Source: Cyanophora paradoxa CCMP329 (lineage: Eukaryota > Plantae > Glaucophyta). From it: a DNA stretch of 64,000 nucleotides. The position numbers and the translations under genes are program-made. The notes beneath the pieces were generated by a model. It was given only the letters and a program-made list of their open reading frames with translations. It ran no database searches and had not been told where the DNA came from. Shown here piece after piece: positions 12,234 through 21,500 of this stretch; the first letter of the stretch is position 1, and each line of letters starts with the position of its first letter. Location of the stretch: NCBI GenBank assembly GCA_004431415.1, contig QPMI01000194.1, forward strand, positions 92,517-156,516, in the 5' to 3' direction.

Positions 12234-13235
12234 GCACACCCCGTGTCTTTTGCTGCTGCAGTCAGCGCTGGCACTGCCGCCTCCTTGTTCTTCTTCTCGT
12301 ATTTGGGCCGAGCCTTCAACCACAGCCGTCAGGACTATCACGATTCGCAGTCCTACCGCTCGGCAATAGCCAATGATGGTCTCTCCGCCCGCGGCTATTT
12401 CGTATGGCCAAGCCAGCACTGTGGCAATTTCTCCCACTTTCTTTCTTTATCTTTAGAGAAATTTCGAATTCTCGAACCCTTGCAATTGGCCTACTGATCA
12501 TGATCATGATTCATTCGCTTTATATTATTTCTTAAGCTTTGGCTTCCATGGCCACTGGCAAATGGTTTAGCATACTATGATATCTGCCTTCTCGTTAACG
12601 TTTTGCCAGTTGGAGGCAAATTGCCATGTTGCCCTCAGGGCCTGTTCCGAAGTTCCAGCTGCTCGAGCTCAGGGGTCCAAGGCCCGGCCTATAGCTAGCT
12701 ATAGGGAGGGAGCTGGACATATGCATGTACCGTAGTACCATTTCCATGGGGATCCTGTTTTCTTTTTCTTGGGCTCTACTATTCTTGACTCAGCAGTGAG
12801 GAGATTATTATAAGCTGCACAACTAGTACTCACTGAGTCATGCAGTGACTTGGCAAGGGCTCTGCCAGAGCCGCACCGTGGTGCCCCCATGCAAAAACAA
12901 AGCCCTAACTTCCCCAAACAGGCCACACAGGGTGTCATGGGGGGAACTCCCCCTCACGGGCCTCTGTGGTGCTGCCACGCCCTGTCACCCAGTCCGCGGG
13001 CATGTCTTTTGCTTCGTTTCTCTCTCAAAGAAGGGGATTAGCTCAAACACAAAGAAGGGGATTAGCTCAAACAGAAATTTCAAGAGAGGGGGTCCGCCCC
13101 TTTTTAATCAACACTACAAAACTTACACAGAGTCTGGGTTCGGGCTGAAGGGTGGTTCGGGTAGACACGTGAGCAGTGACAGGTACAAAGAAGGGGGTAA
13201 GCTTGAACAGAAATTCCAAGAGAAGTGTGGCGGCA

Positions 13236-15436
13236 TCAGCCCGGGTTGTTGCACTTGGAGCCCATGCTGAAGTCGACGTGGGACCAGGCGACGGCGACAA
13301 GGCCACCGAGCGCCGCCAGCCCCGCAAAGTAGAAAAGGTCTGTGGTGGGTCAGGCGGGCCGCGGCACGAGGGCGGCGCCGCACTGCCGGGGGGCCCGAGG
13401 GAGGCGGCCGCCGCATAGGAGGCCATGAGGGCGAGGTTGACGCCGGCGGAGGCTGCGGCACGTCAGGAGGGCGGGGGGGGGGGGGGGGGGGGAGGGGGCA
13501 GGCGTGCCGATGCCAAAGGCGGAGCCGACGTGCTCAGGGGGCACTAGGATTGGCAGCGAGGGCCAGAGCGCCGCCGGCACGAGGGCGAAGCAGGCGCCGA
13601 TGAGGCAGTAGAAGGGCAACGGGCTGCAGCGCGCAGCGTAAATCGCCAGGAAGGCTGGCACGAGTGCCAGCGTCCCCGCCGCCACTGCCACGTGTCAGGA
13701 GGGTACAGGCAGCACGGGGCGGGCGGACCGAGGTCGGCGCGGCGGCCAATGCGATCGACGAGCATCCCGAGCGGGGGCGAGAGGAGCAGCGAGGAGAGGG
13801 CCACGACGCTCGTCAGCTCGTCCGCGTGCTCCAGGTCCAGCCCGTACCGCAGCTGCAGCAGCTTCCTGTGTGGAGTCAGCGGGGAGCGGCGGGCGGGGCG
13901 CGGGCCGATGTGCACCCTGAAAAGGCCTGGAAGGGGAAGACCGTCCCCTGCGGCGGTGTCAGGGCAATTGAAGGGCGCGGGGCGGGCGGGGCACATAGTA
14001 GGCGGCGGCGGCGGCAGTGACGAGCCAGAAGCCAAGTGGGAGGCTGCGGACGGCGGCGAGGGGGCCCGCGTGGCCGCCAGCGGGGTTCGGCACGGTCTGG
14101 GCGGCGAAGTCGGAGGGGGCAGGGTCGGGCCGCCAGAGGTGCTTGTCGACGAGCACGTAGCCGACGGCTGAGACAAGGGAGAGGGCGCACATGCCGGCCG
14201 CTGCGGGCGGTCGGCGGCGGCGACAGGGCGGGCGGGGCGCGGACCAAGCCAGAGGCTGGCGACGTAGGTCTTAAAGCGGTGCAGCAGGTACGCCGTCGCC
14301 CGGTACGCCAGGAACGTCCCCTGCACGGGGGTTCAGAACGACGGGGGGCGGCACTGCGGAAGTGGGCACACGCACGAGGCGGCCGGCGCTCGTGCCGAGG
14401 CCCTGCACGGAGTCAGCGGGGCGGCAGGGCGGGGCGAGGCGGGGCGGGGCGGGGCGGGGCGGGGCGGGGCAGGCCATGGCGAGGCCCATCTCGGAGCGGT
14501 GCGCCGCGAACCAGCTCGCGATGATGCTGTTCTGCGCCACTGCGCTGGCGTCACGCGCGCGCGGCGCGGCGGGCGTCGGGCGCACCGAAGAGCGACTCGG
14601 CGCCGGTGCCTGCGGGGCATTGGCCTCAAGCGAGAAGGGGGCCCGGGGCGCGGGCCGCACCGAAGACGAAGCGGCCGAGGAGCATAAGCGGGTAGGAGCG
14701 GGCGTGCGTCGCAAGCACGACCAGGCCCTACCGTTCGTGAGCCGCGCGGCGCCGGTGGGCGGGCGGGCGACGCACGGAGCCGAGAGCGACAAGGGCGGCG
14801 AAGAGGAGCGTGCCGGCCCGCACGCCGATGGCGTCGAGGAGGAGGCCGCCCGCAAAGACGAGCGGCACGTTCGGCAGCGAGTAGACCGAGAAGAGGTATG
14901 AAAACTGCACGTCCGACACGCCCAGATCCCGCTGCAGGTCCGTCTGCACCGATCCCACGCTGCCCCGCGTCAGAGCGGAGGGATTCGGCTCCTTCGCGCC
15001 GCGGCAGACCTGTCGTACGCGTTGTAGGGGCCCATGACAAGAATGCACGAGAGCAGCAGCTGCGTCCGGCGTGAGCGCGTGCCGCAGCGCTCGCGGGCAT
15101 GCAGCGCACGATCGCATCTGCGAGCGGCATGCGCGGGGTCGGTGATCGGTGCCGTGCGGAGTGCGGGCGACGCACATCGCTTGATCGGAGCCGTCGCCGC
15201 GAACCGTTTCGCGAGGCCTGCTGGAGCGTGACTATGGCGCAACGGCTCGTTGGGAGCGGCGTACACGGGAGGGAGTTGCGAGCGCTCTGCAGCCACGCGG
15301 TGACGCTGCCGAGCGGGCCGAGCCCTGCGGACAGGCCGACGTGTGAAAGGCGGCGGAGAGAGGCGAGGGCGGGCGACGCGCCAGGACGAGGCGTCCACGA
15401 GTCGCCCTCCGGCAGCGGCGGGGGGCTGGCCATCAT
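13236..15436 (-). CDS. MFSD1: MFS transporter, MFSD1-like (lysosomal dipeptide transporter family), many short introns; start codon tentative
   Basis: Spliced exons give RYAILLLSC..YNAYD, LFSVYSLPNVPLVFAGGLLLDAIGVR, MLLGRFVFG..AES, VAQNSIIASWF..EMGLAMGL..SAGRL, VFPF, LSPPLGMLVDRIGRR, PAALWPSLPILVP..VGSAFG, and a last TM ending DFSMGSKCNNPG-stop. Confidence 0.85.
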
Positions 15437-17451
15437 CCTAGGCTGCAACGCGCCGAATTTGACGTCGAACGCCGCCGGACAGAGCGCCTGACGCGCGCCT
15501 CCGAACCAGCAGCGGCGCAGGACGGGCCGAGACCGCGGCTGGCAGAGCGCGCGCAGTGCGAGCTCGGCCTCGCGGCGGCGTTCGGCCCATCTACACCGGG
15601 CTAATGCTATACGGGATTCGCCGGCGGGGCTGCAGTGCTGGCGAAGTTCATACGCCAGCGCCGGGACCGCGGGGGCGAAGGCGAATGCTGCGAGCTCAAC
15701 TAGCATCTCACCTGTCTCTGATCAGTGCGACGATGTCTTTCGGCGCCTGGACCGGTATGGGTCAGGCTGTACCCCCCTCCTGGCTGTACGGCTGCGGCTG
15801 GCCGCCGGCTCGGGACCCCCCCCTCCTGACTGGGCGCGGGACTAGTACTCGGGGCCGATGGCCGGGGCTCGTGGTTGTCGTCGTCGTGAAACCTAGAGTG
15901 GGGTTTCGGGGCAGCCGGGAGGCGTGCAGGTGGCCCTAATTATATAATTATATATATATTTTAAAGATCCCCGGCTTGCCAGGCTGGGCCCCAGCTGCAG
16001 GGGAGCCTCGGAGGGTACATGTTCACTGAGTCACAAGAAGGCATGCATGCGCAGCTGATCGACATATCGCCGAGTCGAGTGTGTAAAAGCTGGCTGCGAA
16101 GATGCTGTGCACGTGACCCTAGTGCTCACGAGATGCTTTATACCGATCATGATCATCAGATGGTCCGCATCCATGATGCCAGGCCAGGCCCATTCATCCA
16201 TGATGGCATATGCATTGGCACTGTACATGTAAGACTGCAGCTGGACAGACAAGCTAGAAGTAAAACGAGGACAGTGCCCACGGGAGGCCTATTTATGCAG
16301 AGATCACACTAAGAGATGCCCTGATCCTTCCAAAACTCTAGGCCTGTCCACTTCCATGCCGCAATGATGCAAAGGCCTTCTGTGCAAACGCTCCTTCGTT
16401 CAACGGTTTGCGTGACCTGTATCTTTTTCGAATTCAAGGGCTGGGCTGAGGAGGCCCTCAGACTAGAAAGTCTCATTGGTAGGACCCGCCGACAGCCTTT
16501 CGAGTTCAGGCAGCAGGGCCAGCTGGTCCCAGCTGGTTCCAGCTGTCCAGTCTCGTCTGATACAGGTTCACCTCCGCCCTCTCCTCAAGTTATCATCTAT
16601 GTGGATGACACTGAGCTTGCCCCTGTTATGCTGCCGATCTCTCCTATCCGAATCGACGCTGTTGATGTTGAGCCCGACTTTGCGAGTCATGCTGTCATTG
16701 CTTCCCTAGCTCCTCCCTCTTCTGCCCCTCTGCCTTCTTCTGCGCCTATGATGCCCATGCATACTGATCCTCTTTCTCCTTCTAGATGATCTATTGTCCC
16801 GCCTAAGCGTCGTCGCGTGTCTTCTCCAGACCCTGGTGCTCTTGATCATGGTGATAACTTTACTGGTGTCCTACCTCAGGTTTCTTTCAAACGTTTGCGG
16901 CCCTTACTTCCTGCAATTCTCTCCTCTGCTGCCCCTATGGATCTCGCTGATGACCCAGGTTCCCCAATGGTGCTTATCTCTGACGAAGAGACTGATGACA
17001 TGACTGATGGCTGAAGGTTTCACACGTGAGATCGTGACCAGGACTCCCCCAGGCCGGCATTAGGAAGAGGCCCGCATTGGGATGTCTGTGGTTGCTTTCC
17101 GTGTCTGCGTGTATGAGCGCCGGACCGCCGGGGCATACACGGTAGACCGTAAGGCGTTTGCGCCGCCACTACCCTTGTCTGGTTGGTTCACTGTCGATTG
17201 TGCTTCGGGCCTTCGGGTCCTTCGCCTTTCGTCAAAACCGCACAACCGGCTTGGGCGTGTCTTATACATACTCTTCTTCTTCCAACTCGATCGATCGCCC
17301 CGCGGGGCGCCGACAGCGCTACAACCTAAAACCTGGTGCCGGGGCAATCGACGGGGGGGCCATGGGGGCGGCATGGCGGCGGGCGGGGCCGTCGAAGGCA
17401 CCGGCGTGGCGGCCGTGGCAGCGGCGGGGGGGGAGGGCCCGGCAGGGAGGG

Positions 17452-17561
17452 TGTTGCCAGCATAGTTTAGCTGGGGACTGGTATCATTGGGGTACAGGTA
17501 CAGACTGGGGGTACAGGTCTACAGGGACTTGGAATAATGGCAGTATATGCTCACTGCAATA
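17452..17561 (-). repeat. Left LTR (3' LTR relative to the ORFs), 110 bp
   Basis: Reads TGTTGCCAGC...CACTGCAATA on the plus strand and is identical to 39541-39650. Ends form an imperfect inverted repeat, TGTTGC/GCAATA. Confidence 0.95.
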
Positions 17562-17766
17562 TGATACGACTTCACAAGCGCACGTCCTCGTGCGCTCAAG
17601 AGAGAGAAAAATATGTATAGTGAAGGGGGGGATTGGATCGTCACAACTACGTGGACTCAAGCCGGGGTCCATGATACGACTTCACAGGATGCGAGTCCGG
17701 TGGGGTCGAGTGAACGAAAAATCCTCCCGGGACGCAAGCCGGGGGTCCATGATACGACTTCACAAG
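17561..17766. repeat. Triple ATGATACGACTTCACA repeat abutting the left LTR
   Basis: Copies at 17561, 17671 and 17749. Copies 2 and 3 also share the upstream caagccgggg(g)tcc. Confidence 0.9.
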
Positions 17767-18592
17767 ACGATAGGCTAGTGGAGTCGAGGGAAAGTGAGGT
17801 CCCAACCTCAAGTCAGAGCGCTTATCTAGCCTACGCGCTCACCGACCGGGCGGCCTCCGAGATAAATGGGCATACCAACTAGTAGATACACACTAAAATC
17901 AGCCAACAAGCCCGAGCTGCCCAAGCCGGGTTCCAAAAGACGAATCCATGAAAAGGGAAGACGTGCGGACTGCCGCCTGCGAGTGTACGTGGGAAGGCCG
18001 CCCGGGGGCCTGACGTGTACTCGCAGGGGTCGCTAGCGGCTCGAGGAAAAACCGGGCGAAAAAACCTCGGCCGCGCCGCCATAATAGCCTGCCCTGAGGG
18101 CTCTCCGGTCCACGCTCGCAGCGTCGCCCCGATGGCGCGCCGCCGTGCCCGGAGGGCCCTCCGCGTGCGCCCGCCACGTACGCCCGTCCGCCGTACTCGC
18201 CGAGGGTCTGACGCGCGTCGCGTGTGAGTGCGCTGCACGCGTGCGCGAAAGGGGCGTCCCCCTGAAAGAAAACGGAAAGAGTTGCGGCAGCACGCATTGC
18301 GCGTTCTAAGGAAACGGTAGCGGCGCTATCGCAGCGGAGCTTCGCGCGTCGCAACGACCTAATCCTATGCCGTTCGATCGCTAGCGAGCCTTTCGAGGCG
18401 GTGCCGCTGCGTGGGACTTCGGCCCTCTTCTCGGATATCGTCCGAAACGCGTGGGCCACGTGGCACGACACGGTCGGGAAGCCCGAGATTGGAGGGGCCT
18501 TAGGCGCGCCGTTCCCAAGGGCTATCGATTGCGAGGGTCGCGTACCCATCTCGACAATAATCCTCATGTGCCGTAGGGAGCGCCTCACGCGC

Positions 18593-21500
18593 TTAAGCGT
18601 CCGGCGCCACCTCCGGGGGCGCCCCCGGAGGTGCCGGCGGTTGCTCTGGCCGCGGCGGACGTCCCTGCCGTCGTTTCCGTGCAACGTTTGCCGGTCTGTC
18701 ACGGTAAGGGATCATCAAGTCGATGTGGACGATCAGCTCTTTCGTCCTTCTGTGCCGCTCTGACTCCGTCGTCGCCTTTACGGCATACAGGTGCCCGTCT
18801 GAGAGCTCCCGTAAGACAACGAAGGGGCCGGTCCATCCGTTGTGGATGCCGCGTTTGAGGCCCTCGAACCAGCAGAGAACCTTCTCCCCCTTCCTGAACG
18901 AGCGCCGCAGCGGTTTGCCGCCATGGGCGCGCAGCAGCCGCTTGTTGTAGCGCTTGCGGTGCTCGGCTACTGCTGCCGCTCGACTCTCAGCCGCCCGTGC
19001 GAGCCCCGCCAAGCGGTCGTTTAGTAACGTCGGGTCCGTTGGCCGTTGCCGTTCGTCGGGGTCGAAGCGCAGGTCGCCGGGGAGCGTGAGGTCGCGTCCA
19101 AAGTGAAGCACCGCGGGCGGGAAGCCCGTGGCTGCGTGGATGCCCGTGCGCATCGCGAGGAGAGCCTGGTGTACAAACTCCGTCCAGTGCCGGTTCGACT
19201 TGCCAGCCGCTTTGCAGAGCCCGTACACCAGTCGCTTGAACGTCTGTCCCAGGCGCTCGGCGCCGCCATTCGTGGACTGATGGAACGCCGCTGCGCGAAT
19301 GATGCGCGTGCCCTTGCTCTTCCAGAAGTTGTACCACTCCGACTGGATCAGCTGTGAGCCGTTGTCGATGAGGTAGCGCTGGACGACGCCGTGGTCGGCG
19401 AGCGCCTGTTCCGCGCAGCGACGCAGCGTCGACGCCTTCATGTCCGGGATCGGCTTCCCGTCGGGGTACTTGGAGTAAGCGTCGACGCTGACGAAGGCGC
19501 CGACCATACCGTCCACCGACAGGTCCAAGTACATGATGTCGGCTTGGTGCAGGTCGCCTGGGAAGTACGCCTCGAAGATCTTGCAGAGAACCTTTGGCCG
19601 CCGCCGCGCCTTCGCTCGTTGGCAGTGAGGGCACGACCGCACGTAGCGGTGTACCGACGACGTCATGCCATCCCACCAGAAGCGGCTGAAGATGCGCCTC
19701 GCGACGATGTCCGCACCGCGGTGGGCCCAGTCGTCGTGGTACGCGGAGAGGATCATCTCCCGCAGCGTTTCCGGCACCACAACCAGGGAGCGCATGTCAG
19801 CCAGAGGCGGGAGGCGTCGAACGACCCCGTCCGCAATCTCGTAGCTGTCCATCATGTCGGCGTACGCCTCCTTAGCGCGCAGGCACCACTTGCACGTGAT
19901 CTGGTCCTCGGGGATTTCCAACTTGCGGTGATCGCGACAGCGGGCCGTGTTAACGCCGTTGTTGATGAACTCCCGGACCTGCTTGCACCACGGGTCGTTG
20001 TGCTGCTCCAGGACCATCGCCGTCGCGTCGGACATGAACCGCTTGAGCTTGTCAGGAGGGGGGGGATCAACGATCCTGCGGTGGCCCTCCGCCCAGACGT
20101 CCCGCACTTCGCCCTCGACGATAACGTCCAGCGGTCTGACCCGGTCGCCTGCGGGTCCCTGCAGAGGTGCTACGAAGCCGCTTGGTACCCGCTCGACCGT
20201 CTCGTCGTCATCGCTGCGTTCGCCTCCGTTGTCCGACTTCGGCTCCTCGCGCTGCTGCCCTCCTCCCCTCTGTGATGCCCCTGACGAGCCGGCGTCCCCG
20301 GCGGCATCCCCTACTCCGTTGGCGTTCTCCTCTCCGGCGGCGTCGGGAATGGACGGAGGCGCGACCGAATACCGTCCCTGACGGGATTTCCAACCCCGCA
20401 GCTGGCGGCGGCGGAGCTGCGCCTCGTTGTACAGGCGACGGTGCTCCTCCATCGCCGGCTCCCCCTCGAAATCCTTGAGGCCCGCAAGGAACTTCTTGAG
20501 GAACCGGCGCTGGCGGCGCTTGTAGTGCTTCGAGCGGGGCCTCCCGTCCGGTCGAAAGACTTGCGGCGTCAGGTTCGGGTGCGCAGCGTTGAACTGGAGC
20601 GGCGCGTGGGGCGGCCCGTCCGCGAGATGTTCCTGGTCGGCGCCTGACAGAGGCGCAGGGTCCGCGAGGCGGCGTGCAGCCTCCTCGCTGACCCGTTCCG
20701 CCTGCTCCGCCAGTGCGTTGAGGCCCGTCTCCGCGGACGATGGCGGGTGCTGAGCCCGTCGCGGATACCGTGCACGGCCGCTGGTCGCGGCGGCATTGTC
20801 GGGGTGCTGCCATGCGGGGCCGAGGTCGGATTCCAGGTTCTGAAGGGCGCGCCGCCGCCGTCCAGGTGGTTGGGCCATCGGCGCCGGGTCCGCCTCATCT
20901 ACGCCGGGCGAGGCGGCGCGCAGCTCCGAGGGTGGTGCTGCTGTCGCCGGCGGTGCCTCCACCGGCACCGGCGGTCCCCCATCCTCCGCCACGGCCGTCG
21001 TCGGCGCCGAGGTGGCTGGCTTGTCACCAGGCGGGCCGTCGGGGAACGTCCGGGCCAACCATTCGTCGACGTCCACTGCACTCGGAGCTGCTGTCGAGGT
21101 CGCTTGAGAGGATCGCGTGCGGTACATGCCCGAGCTGATCATCCGGTCGGCAATCTCGAAGCTACGGTCGAGCGCTGTCTGCGGCCGCCTCGGCGCCGGG
21201 GCCGCCGGGGCTTCTTGCGGGTCCCGTCGGCCCCCTTGCGCTGCGCTCCGCCAGGCTGGCCCGAGGGCGGAGTCGAGGTTGCGCAGCTCCCGCGGCGCTC
21301 TCCCCGTGCGTGCCTCCTTCTGCTGAACCCGCCGGATGCGGCGGCGCTCCTTCTCGGCCCGCAGCACGCGCGCCGCCTCGATCGCCGTTCTTGCGACGCT
21401 CGCCATCTCCCGCGCCGGGTCTTCGCGGGGGAGCTGGACGAAGTACATCCGAGGGCTCGTCCGGGTCCCCAGGGACCGGCACCGCGAAGCCCGGGCGCCG

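Noticed and set aside
12688-13072. 18-bp palindrome CCTATAGCTAGCTATAGG and a 23-bp tandem duplication
   Set aside because: Isolated, with no termini or target duplication defining an element.
17562-17575. 13/14 similarity of TGATACGACTTCAC to the complement of the conserved SSU rRNA 3' motif GTGAAGTCGTAACA
   Set aside because: Too short, with no other rRNA sequence nearby. It is not an rRNA gene and is probably coincidental.
18593-18720. Integrase chromodomain
   Set aside because: Only a short basic/Pro-rich tail follows the GPF module.
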